A stretch of DNA of 64,000 nt from Elusimicrobiales bacterium (GCA_031082205.1 JAVHLJ010000010.1:954-64953); one strand, 5' to 3'; counted from the first letter of the stretch, positions 39,600 to 49,082 are shown. Made by a program: numbers and translations. The notes: generated by a model from the letters alone, not told the origin.

Positions 39600-40329
39600 C
39601 CCCGCCGTCCGGCTTCTTTTTCAGGGCTTCGCCGGTCATCGGGACGAAGATCACCGGCAGCAGTTTCTCCTCTTTCAGTTTCCCTTTGACCCTGCGTATC
39701 CTGACCAGGTCCTGCGAGCGCCCGCCCACGGGCGCCACCAGCCTGCCTCCCTCCGCAAGCTGGTCCAGCAGCGGACGCGGCACCCGCGGCGGCGCGGCGG
39801 TCAGTATTATCGCGTCGAAAGGGGCCTCTTCCGGCCAGCCCTTATAGCCGTCGGCGCAGCGGGTCCTTACTGTCCCGAACCCCAGCCGGTCCAGCGCGGC
39901 CCGGGCGGTCCTTTCCAGCGGGCAGATTATCTCTATCGAGAACACTTTCGGCGTTAGTTTCGCCAGGACGGCGGCCTGGTAGCCGGAGCCGGTGCCTATC
40001 TCCAGCACCTTGTCGCCGGGTTTGAGCTCCAGCAGCTCCGTCATGTATGCGACTATGTATGGCTGGCTGATGGTCTGTCGGCGGCCTATCGGCAGCGGGA
40101 AGTCGCCGTGCGCGTCCTCCCAGTACTCCTCGGGGACGAACTCGTGGCGCGGGACCTCGCGCATGGCGGCCAGCACCCGCCCGTCCTTCACTCCGCGGGC
40201 CTCTATCTGTTCGGCTACCATGCGCGACCGTTCTTCCGCGTACGGGACGAAGACGTCCGCCGTCCCGGCCGCGGCCGGCCGCGCCGCCAGGGCGGCGGCG
40301 AGGACGAAAAAGAGGCGGTACGCGGCCAT
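39577..40329 (-). CDS. pcm: Protein-L-isoaspartate O-methyltransferase with a signal peptide
   Basis: VPRHEFV, QTISQPYIVA, VLEIGTGSGYQAA and FVPMTG. Confidence 0.93.
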   Translation of the reverse strand: MAAYRLFFVLAAALAARPAAAGTADVFVPYAEERSRMVAEQIEARGVKDGRVLAAMREVPRHEFVPEEYWEDAHGDFPLPIGRRQTISQPYIVAYMTELLELKPGDKVLEIGTGSGYQAAVLAKLTPKVFSIEIICPLERTARAALDRLGFGTVRTRCADGYKGWPEEAPFDAIILTAAPPRVPRPLLDQLAEGGRLVAPVGGRSQDLVRIRRVKGKLKEEKLLPVIFVPMTGEALKKKPDGGVSPGRTP

Positions 40330-40358
40330 CCCTTCCCCCTGGAAACAGGCGCCGCGGC

Positions 40359-41252
40359 TCAGTAGTCCCAGGCGCCGCCGCCGGAATTGTAAGGCAGGTC
40401 GTAGAGGCTGATGTCGAAGCGGTATTCCTTGCCGCCGGCGCGGTAGACGAAGCACCCGTCCTTCTGCGCGCTGAAGTTGAACCCGGCGCCCCACCAGTGA
40501 TGGCCCGGAGCGCCGTGCACGGTGTTGGCGGCGCTCTCAGGGTTCTGGTAGACGGTCAGTTCGGCGTCGGGCGTTATGGGGCCCGCGATGTTGCGGGTCT
40601 TATGCCGGAAACGGACCCGCTCGTCGGCCACCAGCTGCCCGTCCTCCAGCATTTTTAGCTGTTCCGCGGTGTGATAGAAGATCTTCAGCCGGGGGTCGGA
40701 GAGCATGTCGCGGTACAGTTCGGACATCTTCGGCACGGGATACTTCGAGTATTTCGAAGCCCACAGGGAGTCGGGCACCAGTATGTGCGAGTGCCCCATG
40801 TCGGGGAAGAAGACGGCGTCGATATAATCCAGCTCGAAGGCCCGCTCTATGTGGCGGGCGACGGCTTTTACGAGCCCTTCGCTTATCTCGACATCCCCGC
40901 CCCTCCCGGCGTCATAGGGCAGCATCAGTTTTCCAGCCGCGGCGTCCCAGTAGGCGCGCCGGTCTAGGCGCTTGGGTGAGGCGTACATCTCCGCGAAGCG
41001 GGCCTTCATCTCGGGCAGCGAATAGTTCCAGTGGAAATCGGACTGCCATATCTTCTCCTCGCCGGCGGCGGGAGGGGAACAGCGGGCGGCGATGGCGGCC
41101 GGCGAGTTGGGGTCCTTGTCGGAGGCCGGGGCCGCGGCGACGGCGGCGGGGGCGGGCGGTTCGATGTCGGAGCGTCCCAGCTGTTCCAGCGCCCCGGCGG
41201 CGAAAGCGGCGCCGGGCAGCGCCAGGGACAAAGAGAGGAGAAGCTTTTTCAT
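40359..41252 (-). CDS. Secreted hypothetical protein
   Basis: MKKLLLSLSLALPGAAFA signal peptide; host-like codon usage. Confidence 0.75.
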   Translation of the reverse strand: MKKLLLSLSLALPGAAFAAGALEQLGRSDIEPPAPAAVAAAPASDKDPNSPAAIAARCSPPAAGEEKIWQSDFHWNYSLPEMKARFAEMYASPKRLDRRAYWDAAAGKLMLPYDAGRGGDVEISEGLVKAVARHIERAFELDYIDAVFFPDMGHSHILVPDSLWASKYSKYPVPKMSELYRDMLSDPRLKIFYHTAEQLKMLEDGQLVADERVRFRHKTRNIAGPITPDAELTVYQNPESAANTVHGAPGHHWWGAGFNFSAQKDGCFVYRAGGKEYRFDISLYDLPYNSGGGAWDY

Positions 41253-41333
41253 AGTGATAGTATAGACCCGCGGCCGGCAGTTTTCAAGGGCCCGGTTCCG
41301 CCCCATTTTGATAGAATAGCCGGGGGGGCCATT

Positions 41334-41843
41334 ATGCCTAAAAAAATCGCGATGTTCATAGCGTTCCAGGGATTCCGTGACGAGGAGTATATCGAGCCTA
41401 AGAAAGCGCTCGAAGCCGCCGGCGTGAAGGTGGACACCGTTTCCACCGCCAAGGGCCAGGCGCAGGGCAAGTTCAGGCTGACCGCGCAGGTGGACAAGGT
41501 CGTGGACGAGGTGAAGGCCGGGGATTACGACGCCCTGGCGCTGGTCGGCGGGCCCGGCGCGCTGGAACACCTGGACACCCCGAAAGTCCACGCTCTTTTC
41601 CGCGAGGCCATGGCCGCCGGCAAGGTGATAGGCGCGATCTGCATCTCGCCCGTGGTGCTGGCCCACGCCGGCCTGCTGAAAGGCCGAAGGGCCACCTGTT
41701 TCCCCGACGGCGGGCCGGAGCTGGAGAAGGCCGGGGCCAGGTATACCGGTTCCGAGCTGGAGATAGACGGCAAGCTTATAACCGCCAGCGGCCCGGTGCC
41801 GGCCAGGCGGTACGGGCAGGCGCTGGCCGAGGCCCTCAAATAA
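41334..41843 (+). CDS. DJ-1/PfpI family protein
   Basis: FRDEE, LVGGPG, AICISP and LITASGP. Confidence 0.92.
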   Translation: MPKKIAMFIAFQGFRDEEYIEPKKALEAAGVKVDTVSTAKGQAQGKFRLTAQVDKVVDEVKAGDYDALALVGGPGALEHLDTPKVHALFREAMAAGKVIGAICISPVVLAHAGLLKGRRATCFPDGGPELEKAGARYTGSELEIDGKLITASGPVPARRYGQALAEALK

Positions 41844-41854
41844 GGAGAAAGGCG

Positions 41855-42517
41855 ATGAAAAAAATACTGTTGATGGCGGCGCTGGCCCTGATGGCGGGCG
41901 GCGCGTCCGCGGCTGAAAAGGCCGGGGGTAAAAAGGCGGAAGAGTGGAAGGAAAAGGTCTTCACCGCCGAGGAGCTCAAAAAATTCGACGGCAAGGCGGG
42001 CCGCCCCGTCTACGTGGCCGTGGACGGCGTGGTCTACGACCTTTCGAAGGTGAAGTACTGGAGGGGCGGTTCGCATATGAACATGCACGACGCCGGCGGG
42101 GACCTCTCCGACGACATAAAGAACCGGGCGCCCGAGGCGATACACAAAAAGGGCGCCATATTGTCCCGATACCCAAAGGTCGGCGTCCTGGCGCCGGCGC
42201 CCGAGAAGGGCGAAGAGGAAAAGCCGGTGGTGACCGTGCCGGAAGAGAGCGAGATAGGCCTGGAGAAGTTCTGCCCGGTCATGGAGCACAGTTTCGTGGT
42301 GGAGGCGAAAACCCCGGTCGTGATATACAAAGGCGAGCGCTACTTCATGTGCTGCCCCGCCTGCCCGCCGCAGTTCGCCAAGGACCCGGAGAAGTACATA
42401 AAGAGCGACAAGGTGAAGGCGGAAAAGCGCAGGGAGAAGCTCGAGCGCGAGAAGCGCGAGCGCGCGGAGAAACAGAAAAAGAAAAAAGGCGGGAAAGACA
42501 AAAAGAAAAGCGAATAA
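41855..42517 (+). CDS. Exported cytochrome b5-like heme/steroid-binding domain + YHS domain protein
   Basis: FTAEELKKFDG...YVAVDGVVYDLS...H; CPVM...YKGERYFMCCPAC...FAKDPEKY. Confidence 0.82.
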   Translation: MKKILLMAALALMAGGASAAEKAGGKKAEEWKEKVFTAEELKKFDGKAGRPVYVAVDGVVYDLSKVKYWRGGSHMNMHDAGGDLSDDIKNRAPEAIHKKGAILSRYPKVGVLAPAPEKGEEEKPVVTVPEESEIGLEKFCPVMEHSFVVEAKTPVVIYKGERYFMCCPACPPQFAKDPEKYIKSDKVKAEKRREKLEREKRERAEKQKKKKGGKDKKKSE

Positions 42518-42520
42518 GAA

Positions 42521-43753
42521 TCAGAAGACGCGGCGGAAGTCGCGGAAGAAGCCCGGGTATGATTTGTCCACGCAGCCCGGGCTCTTTATTTTCAGGCCGG
42601 GGCAGGCGGCGGAGGCGGCGGCGGCGGCCATGGCGACGCGGTGGTCGTCAAAGGTCGTCACGGGCCGGAGCGGGCGGAAAGCCTGGCCGCCGGGTACGGT
42701 CAGCGTACCGCCGCGGTACGAGGCCCGCGCGCCCAGCGAGGCCAGCAGTGCCAGGGTGGACGCTATCCTGTCGCTTTCCTTTTTCCGCAGTTCATCGGCT
42801 CCTTTAATGACGGTGACGCCGCGCGCCCGCGCGGCCAGCAGGACCAGCAGCGGCACCTCGTCTATCATGGACGGTATTTCGCGGGCGGAGACCCTGGCCG
42901 CGCGCAGTTCCGAGGGCGATATCTCAATGTCGCCGGCCGGCTCCGGCTTCCCCGCCGCGCGGGTGATCTTTATCCGCGCTCCCATCCTGCTCAGGATCTT
43001 GACGAAGCCCAGCCGGCCGGGGTTGAGGCCCGCCCGCTTTATTTTGAGCGGCCGTCCGGCGAGCAGCGCGGCGGCGATGAAAGGAGCCGCGGAGGAGATG
43101 TCTCCCGGGACTTCCATGGCGCGGCCTCTCAGCGCGCCCGGATATGCGCTGAGGCGGGGGCCGGACCTTTTCAGCCGCGCGCCCATGAATTCCAGCAGGC
43201 GCTCGGTGTGGTCGCGCGACGGCGCGGACTCGCGGAAAGAGACGGGGCGCCGCGCGCCGAGGCCGGCCAGCAGGAGGGACGACTTTATCTGGGCGCTGGC
43301 AGTGGCGAACTTAAGAGTCCCGCCGAGGGGACGGGCGGGGCTTATCGTCAGCGGCAGGCGGCCCCGCGCCGCGCGGACATCCGCCCCGGCCATCCTCAGG
43401 GCGGCGGCCACGGGTCCCATCGGCCTGCGGCGCAGCGTGCCGCGGCCGGTGATCACGGCCGCCGTACCGGACCCGGCCAGCAGTCCGGCCAGCAGCCTGG
43501 CCAGCGTGCCGGATTCGCGGGCGTCGAGGCGGAAGGGGCCGGGGCCGAAGCCGGCGGGCCCCGCGCCGGTTATCTCGAGGCTGTTCCCTGCGGTCTTGAT
43601 CTTTACGCCGAGCGCGCGCAGGCAGCGCAGGGCGGCTTCTGTGTCGCTGGAGCGGAGCGGGTTCTTTACGACGGTACGGCCGCGGGCTATGGCGCCCAGG
43701 AGCAGGGCCCTTATCGTTATCGATTTATCCGGCGGCGGGGTGTAAGTCTGCAT
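42521..43753 (-). CDS. aroA: EPSP synthase
   Basis: DKSITIRA, RRPM, SAQIKS, RDHTERL, KESDR and DDHRVAM. Confidence 0.93.
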   Translation of the reverse strand: MQTYTPPPDKSITIRALLLGAIARGRTVVKNPLRSSDTEAALRCLRALGVKIKTAGNSLEITGAGPAGFGPGPFRLDARESGTLARLLAGLLAGSGTAAVITGRGTLRRRPMGPVAAALRMAGADVRAARGRLPLTISPARPLGGTLKFATASAQIKSSLLLAGLGARRPVSFRESAPSRDHTERLLEFMGARLKRSGPRLSAYPGALRGRAMEVPGDISSAAPFIAAALLAGRPLKIKRAGLNPGRLGFVKILSRMGARIKITRAAGKPEPAGDIEISPSELRAARVSAREIPSMIDEVPLLVLLAARARGVTVIKGADELRKKESDRIASTLALLASLGARASYRGGTLTVPGGQAFRPLRPVTTFDDHRVAMAAAAASAACPGLKIKSPGCVDKSYPGFFRDFRRVF

Positions 43754-43759
43754 AAAAAT

Positions 43760-43920
43760 ATGAAAACTATCCGCGGGCATGGCAGGGGGCCGGCCCGCAA
43801 AACACGCGGTCTCGCGCATAGCGCGTCGGTCCTCGGCTCTCGCCGCTCGCGCTTACGATGCTCGCGGCTCCGAGGCGCCCCGCCGGGCTGTCACGCCGTC
43901 TCCCCCGGTTGTCTCTTTAT
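43760..43920. repeat. Dispersed palindromic repeat, copy 2 (inverted relative to copy 1)
   Basis: Reverse complement of 43813-43881 matches 24526-24594 at 67/69; overlaps the last codons of aroQ. Confidence 0.85.
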
Positions 43921-44349
43921 ATAACCCGCTAAAAATTCCAGGGCTTCGATATAGGAGAGCTCGCCTTTGCCTTTGAACTGGCGCAGGCAGACGGGCTTTA
44001 TTACGGAAATCCGGCGGAAGGGTTCGCGTTTGGAGATGTCGGTCAGGTGGACTTCCGCGGCGGGCAGGCCGCAGGCCTCGACGGCGTCGCGCAGGGCGTA
44101 GGAGTAATGGGTGTAGGCGGCCGGGTTTATCAGGAGGCCGCGGGCCCGCGCGTGATTTTTTTCGAGCCAGTCGATAAGTTCGCCCTCGCCGTTGGCCTGG
44201 AAGGTCCTTACGGCGAGACCCAGTTCCGCGGCGCGCTTCTTTATGAGGCCGTTAAGCTCCGGCAGCGTCATGGCGCCGTATAGTTCCGGCCTGCGCAGGC
44301 CGAGGCGGCCGAGGTTGGGGCCGTGCATCACCAGGACGGTCTTCTTCAT
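43891..44349 (-). CDS. aroQ: Type II 3-dehydroquinate dehydratase
   Basis: HGPNLGRLGLRRPELYG, NPAAYTHYS and EVHLTDI...REPFR. Confidence 0.95.
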   Translation of the reverse strand: MKKTVLVMHGPNLGRLGLRRPELYGAMTLPELNGLIKKRAAELGLAVRTFQANGEGELIDWLEKNHARARGLLINPAAYTHYSYALRDAVEACGLPAAEVHLTDISKREPFRRISVIKPVCLRQFKGKGELSYIEALEFLAGYIKRQPGETA

Positions 44350-45434
44350 ATCTCCTCCAGCGCGGCCAGCAGCACCCGCTCGGGTATATTGTCGGCCGGC
44401 TCCACGTCGCCCGGGCTGCGCAGCAGGAGGAACCGGTTGTCGCGGCCGCCGCGCTTCTTGTCGGCGCGCACGAGCTTCAGGAACGCCTTGGGCCGGCGGC
44501 AGGCGGCGGGCAGCGGCAGCGGGTCTATCATGCCGGCGGTTTTCCAGGCGCCGGGGGTGTTGTCCAGGACTTTCATTTTTTCGGACACCTTCAGCGCGTA
44601 GCGCAGGCCCCAGAGGACGGCCTCGCCGTGCGGCAGCCGGCCGCCCGAGAGTATCTCGAAGGCGTGGCCGGCGGTGTGGCCGAAGTTCAGCGTCTCGCGC
44701 AGGCCGGTCTCCTCGCGCTCGTCGGCGGCGCAGACGCCGGCCTTGTACTCGGCGCAGGCCCGCACGCAGGCCAGCAGGTCGCCCGGCCGGCCGGCCATGG
44801 CCCCGTCGAAAGAGCGCATTATGGACAGGCGCAGGTCGCCGGGGCCGATGAGGGCGTACTTTATCAGTTCGCCCGCCGCGGCCCGCCTGACGGCGGGCCT
44901 GAGGGTCGAAAGGAAAGCGGTGTCGCAGACGGTCAGCGCGGGCTGGTGGAAGGAACCGATAATGTTCTTCGTCCCGAGGAAGTCCACGGCGGTCTTGCCG
45001 CCTATGCCGGCGTCTATCTGCCCCAGGAGCGTGGTGGGGACGCTGACCCAGTTTATTCCCCGCATGTAGAGGGAGGCCGCGAAGCCGGCCGCGTCGGTGA
45101 CGGCGCCGCCGCCGGCGGCTATCAGTACGGATTGCCGGCTGAAGCCGGCTTTGAAGAGGTCCGAGCAGAGTTTTGTCACGGCGGCCGGCGTCTTCTCGCG
45201 GCCGGCCGGCAGGGAGAAGCGGCGGGCCTTGGGGGCCAGGGAGGGGCCGAGCATTTTTTTGAGCGCCGGCGAGCCGGCGGCGGAGCGGTCGGTGACGAGC
45301 GCGATATGGTCCGCGCGCCCCAGAACCTCCGGCAGCAGGACGGAGATGTCGCCGACGTTCCGGCCGCAGGCCAGCCTGAAAGAAGGCCTGCGCATGATCT
45401 CCCGGTTAAGAAGGGATAAAACCGTTCTTTTCAA
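44346..45434 (-). CDS. aroB: 3-dehydroquinate synthase
   Basis: GGGAVTDAAGF, VPTTLL, GGKT, LNFGHT and HGEAV. Confidence 0.94.
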   Translation of the reverse strand: MKRTVLSLLNREIMRRPSFRLACGRNVGDISVLLPEVLGRADHIALVTDRSAAGSPALKKMLGPSLAPKARRFSLPAGREKTPAAVTKLCSDLFKAGFSRQSVLIAAGGGAVTDAAGFAASLYMRGINWVSVPTTLLGQIDAGIGGKTAVDFLGTKNIIGSFHQPALTVCDTAFLSTLRPAVRRAAAGELIKYALIGPGDLRLSIMRSFDGAMAGRPGDLLACVRACAEYKAGVCAADEREETGLRETLNFGHTAGHAFEILSGGRLPHGEAVLWGLRYALKVSEKMKVLDNTPGAWKTAGMIDPLPLPAACRRPKAFLKLVRADKKRGGRDNRFLLLRSPGDVEPADNIPERVLLAALEEI

Positions 45435-45954
45435 GCTGCCTCCTTATTTCCCGCGCCGCCGCGGCTGGCGCGAGGCCGGCCGCGCCCGCCCGCAGGTCGC
45501 ACATGGCGTAGAACTTTTCCCGGCGCGCGAAGAGCCTTCTTACCGCCGCGGCGCTGCCGCGCGCCAGCAGGGGCCGGCAGCCTTCGGACGAGGCCAGCCG
45601 CAGCATTTCAGGCAGGGGGCGCCTGACCCAGACCGTGACGCCGGCCCGCCTGAAGAGGGGCAGGCGCCGGCCCGACGGGTATATGCCGCCGCCCAGCGCC
45701 ACCACGGCGGCCGGCCCGGCGGCCAGCTTTTTCAGCGCAGCGTCCTCCGCCTTCCTGAAAGCGCCCAGGCCGCGCCGCAGGATGAACTCGCCCGCCGGGA
45801 GGCCGGAGTCCCGGCGCACCTCCTCGTCGGTGTCCCTGAACGGCAGGCGCAGCAGGCGGGCCAGCTCTCGTCCCGCCGAGGTCTTGCCCGCCCCCATGAA
45901 GCCCGCGAGGAATATCCTCAGCGGCGCGCGGATTTCGCGGTCTTTTTTCGCCAG
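45406..45954 (-). CDS. aroK: Shikimate kinase (non-canonical start, probably CTG)
   Basis: IFLAGFMGAGKT, DTD, FRKAE, ALGGG and RPLL; no ATG/GTG/TTG near the N-terminus in this frame. Confidence 0.85.
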   Translation of the reverse strand: MAKKDREIRAPLRIFLAGFMGAGKTSAGRELARLLRLPFRDTDEEVRRDSGLPAGEFILRRGLGAFRKAEDAALKKLAAGPAAVVALGGGIYPSGRRLPLFRRAGVTVWVRRPLPEMLRLASSEGCRPLLARGSAAAVRRLFARREKFYAMCDLRAGAAGLAPAAAAREIRRQLEKNGFIPS

Positions 45955-46934
45955 ACGCGCACCCTCTCTTTTATCTCGTCCATCGTGTCGCCGCCGAATT
46001 TTTCCAGCAGGGCCGCGGCCAGTTCCAGCGCGGCCGCGTGCTCCGCCACCACGGCGGCGGCGTAGACCGCTGTGACGTCGGAAGTGGCCGAGCGCGATAC
46101 CGCCGGCTCGTCGGTGCGGGCGTCGAAGGAGGGGACGCCCGCTTCCACGCCGGGCACCGGCTTCATGGCGCAGCGCAGCACCAGGTCGCCGCCGTTGGTC
46201 ATGCCGCCGTCCAGGCCGCCGGAGACCCTTCGGTCGCGGGCCGCGAGAGTGCCTTTCCACGAAGCCAGATCGAAGCCTCCGCCCGTCTCGAAACCTTTTA
46301 TGCCGTTGATCCCCAGCAGGGCCGCGCCCAGCCGCGCGCCGAGGCGCCTGTCGTGATGGACATGCGAGCCCAGCCCGGCGGGCAGGCCGGCGCAGGTCAG
46401 TTCGAAGACGCCGCCAAGGGTGTCGCCGTCTGCCGCCGCCCGCGCTATCAGCCCGCGGGCCTCGTCCGGCGACGGGTTCTCCGTCATGCTGAGCCGGACG
46501 ACCCGCGACGAGAACCGCGCGCCGGTCTCCGCCAGCAGCCGCAGGGCGAAGGCGCCCATGGCCGAGACGCAGGCGGTGTGGCGCGCGCTGGCCCGCTCGC
46601 GGACCTGCGCGGCGTCTAGGCCGTACTTGAGCATGCCCGGCAGGTCGGCGTGGCCGGGCCTGGGGACCCAGCATGGCGCGACCCGACCGGCGGCGGCGTT
46701 GGGTATCAGGATGGCGACCGGCGCGCCGGTGGTGGCGCCGCGGTCCATGCCGGAGAGGACTTTGAACGCGTCGGTCTCTTTCTTCTGGCGGAGGCTCCTG
46801 CCGGGGGCCGCGCGCCGCCGCGCGAGCTCGCGCTTGATGTCGGCCGGCGAAACTTTCAGCCCGGCGGGGAGGCCTTCCAGTATGCAGGCCAGCGCTTCTC
46901 CGTGGGATTCTCCGGCAGTCAGGTATCTCAGCAT
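45918..46934 (-). CDS. aroC: Chorismate synthase
   Basis: TAGESHG, PRPGHAD, ERASAR and GGMTNG. Confidence 0.94.
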   Translation of the reverse strand: MLRYLTAGESHGEALACILEGLPAGLKVSPADIKRELARRRAAPGRSLRQKKETDAFKVLSGMDRGATTGAPVAILIPNAAAGRVAPCWVPRPGHADLPGMLKYGLDAAQVRERASARHTACVSAMGAFALRLLAETGARFSSRVVRLSMTENPSPDEARGLIARAAADGDTLGGVFELTCAGLPAGLGSHVHHDRRLGARLGAALLGINGIKGFETGGGFDLASWKGTLAARDRRVSGGLDGGMTNGGDLVLRCAMKPVPGVEAGVPSFDARTDEPAVSRSATSDVTAVYAAAVVAEHAAALELAAALLEKFGGDTMDEIKERVRVWRKKTAKSARR

Positions 46935-46938
46935 GTGT

Positions 46939-47775
46939 TCAGCCTCCGGTCCTTTCGCGCAGGAGCTTGCGCGCCTCGCGCGTGAGATCGGCTATCTCGC
47001 TCTCCCTGCAGCCGCCCCAGAGGAAGAGTGAAAGCGCGCCCTGGCGCACCAGCAGTTCCATCCCGTCTATGACGTGCGCGCCCAGTTCCTTCGCCCTGCG
47101 GGTGAAGAAGGTCCCCCCGGGGCTGTAAGGCCAGTCCACGCAGATCTGTCCTCTCTCCGGCTCGAAAGGCAGGTGTCCGTCCTCGTACATGCCTATGGGC
47201 GTGGCGTTGACCACGGCCGCGGCGCCGGCCGGCGGTCCGAAAGGCTCCGCGGAAAATACCGCGCCCGGGAAAGCGGCGGAGAGCCGGGCCGCAGCGGGGC
47301 CGGCCCTGCCGGGATCCCGCGCGTAGAAGGTCACGTTCGCGGCGCCGGCCGAGGCCAGCACGTAGGCCGAGGTGGAGGCCGACCCCCCGGAACCGTATAC
47401 CGCCGCTTTTTTGCCGGTGAGGTCCATTCCGCGGTCCAGCATCGCCGCTGCCAGGGCCGAAGCGTCGGTATTGCGCGCCTCCAGGCCCTCGGGCGTGAAC
47501 CGGGCGCAGTTGGCGGAGCCGGCTATCGCGGCGGCGCGGTCCTTCTTCGAGGAGATCTCCCCGGCGAGCAGCTGCTTGTCGGGCAGCGTGACGTTGAAAC
47601 CGGACCAGCCCTCCGCGCGGGCCTTCGCCGCGGCCTCATGGAATTTAGCCGTGCCGCATTCCCAGAGCGAATATTCTATCTCGCGGCCGCAGAGTCCGGC
47701 CAGCACGGCGAAGAGCTGGGGGGAGAGCGACCTGCTGAGTGGAAGGCCGATGAGGCCCGCTTTTATCGGCGGCAT
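46939..47775 (-). CDS. aroE: Shikimate dehydrogenase
   Basis: SLSP, FNVTLPDK, NTD, NATPIGM and DGMELLVRQG. Confidence 0.88.
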   Translation of the reverse strand: MPPIKAGLIGLPLSRSLSPQLFAVLAGLCGREIEYSLWECGTAKFHEAAAKARAEGWSGFNVTLPDKQLLAGEISSKKDRAAAIAGSANCARFTPEGLEARNTDASALAAAMLDRGMDLTGKKAAVYGSGGSASTSAYVLASAGAANVTFYARDPGRAGPAAARLSAAFPGAVFSAEPFGPPAGAAAVVNATPIGMYEDGHLPFEPERGQICVDWPYSPGGTFFTRRAKELGAHVIDGMELLVRQGALSLFLWGGCRESEIADLTREARKLLRERTGG

Positions 47776-47778
47776 GGG

Positions 47779-48741
47779 TTATTTCCGGAGGGCCCTGAGT
47801 TTTTTAGCCAGGGCGGCGAACTCCGCCAGGCCCATGGTCTGCCGGCCGTCCACCAGCGCCGAGGACGGATCCGCGGCGGACTCTATCATTACGCCGTCGG
47901 CGCCGGCGCGCGCGGCGGCCAGGGCCTGTTCCGCCACCAGCTCCCTGCGGCCGCAGGCGTGGCTGGGGTCGGCTATGACCGGCAGCGCCGTCGCCTTCAT
48001 GGCGAGCTCCATGATCCGCATGTTCAGGCGCCCTCCGCCGAAGGAATCCCCCCGCTCGCAAAGGATGACGCGGGGGTCTCCGTGCTTAAGCAGGTACTCG
48101 GCCGACAGCAGCCACTCGCGAAGCGAGGCGCCCGGGGCCCGCTTGAGTACGACCGGCGCGCCGGTCCGCCCCGCCGCCTTGAGTAGCTCGTAGTTGCGCA
48201 TGTTCCGCGCGCCTATCTGGAGGACGAAGCCGGCCGCGGCGAGCCTGGCGGCCTGGGGAAGGTCGACGATCTCCGTCACCGGGGGCAGTCCCGCCGCCCG
48301 GGCGGCGCGCCGCGCCGCCGGCAGCGCCGCCAGGCCGAGCCCCTGGAAGGCGTAAGGGGAGCTTCGCGGCTTGAAGAGGGCCGCCCGCAGGCCGGTGGCG
48401 CCGGCCCGGGCCAGGGACTTGGCCGTTCTCGCGTAAGACCCCGCGTCCTCCACGGCGCAGGGACCGGCTATGATAACGAACCCTTTCCTGAACGGGAGTT
48501 CCGGCGGGGGGGCCGAGCAGGCCAGCGGGCAGGCCTCCGCGTCGGAAAGAAGGACGGCGGAGACGCCCGGGAGATTCTCTATCAGGGCGAGTCTTTCGGA
48601 AAATATTGCGGGCCGTCCGGAACTGACCGATATCGAGCCGCCGGCCCGGCGCGGGGAGGTCCCGGGCAGCAGGCGCGCCAGCGCCTCGGACAAAGCGCGC
48701 GCTCCCGCGGCGGAGAGACCATTTTCGAGAAGTATTTTCAT
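47779..48741 (-). CDS. aroF: DAHP synthase, type I-beta
   Basis: IAGPCAVE, KPRSSPYAFQG, QIGARNM, CERG and DPSH. Confidence 0.9.
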   Translation of the reverse strand: MKILLENGLSAAGARALSEALARLLPGTSPRRAGGSISVSSGRPAIFSERLALIENLPGVSAVLLSDAEACPLACSAPPPELPFRKGFVIIAGPCAVEDAGSYARTAKSLARAGATGLRAALFKPRSSPYAFQGLGLAALPAARRAARAAGLPPVTEIVDLPQAARLAAAGFVLQIGARNMRNYELLKAAGRTGAPVVLKRAPGASLREWLLSAEYLLKHGDPRVILCERGDSFGGGRLNMRIMELAMKATALPVIADPSHACGRRELVAEQALAAARAGADGVMIESAADPSSALVDGRQTMGLAEFAALAKKLRALRK

Positions 48742-48989
48742 CGGCGGCCCTGCAGCAGGCGGGACTGCTTGATTATCTCCGCGTAGGCGGCGCGGGCCGC
48801 CTTGCGGAAGCCGGGCCTTGTCAGGCGCGAGATATTGGCCAGGACACGGGCCTCGCGGCGGGGGTCGCGCGCCTTCTTCTTCAGCGGACCCAGTGCCGCG
48901 GCCAGGGCGAAGCGCCGGTCCAGGAGCCGGGCCACGGCCCGGTCCAGCGCGTCTATCCTCTTCCTGGCCTTCTCGAGGCGTCCGTCCAT
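48738..48989 (-). CDS. Monofunctional chorismate mutase (CM_2)
   Basis: RKRIDALD...LLDRR...K...RDPRRE; first gene of the aro operon. Confidence 0.85.
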   Translation of the reverse strand: MDGRLEKARKRIDALDRAVARLLDRRFALAAALGPLKKKARDPRREARVLANISRLTRPGFRKAARAAYAEIIKQSRLLQGRR

Positions 48990-49027
48990 GGGATTAATTC
49001 TATTAAATTTGCTCCGCGGCCGCGCTG

Positions 49028-49061
49028 AAAAAAAAGCCCCCCTCCGCGGGGAGGGGGGCTT
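49028..49061 (-). terminator. Intrinsic terminator of the protease gene
   Basis: AAGCCCCCCTCC/GGAGGGGGGCTT stem with a T run on the minus strand. Confidence 0.85.
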
Positions 49062-49082
49062 CGTCGGGCGGGACGGGCCCGC

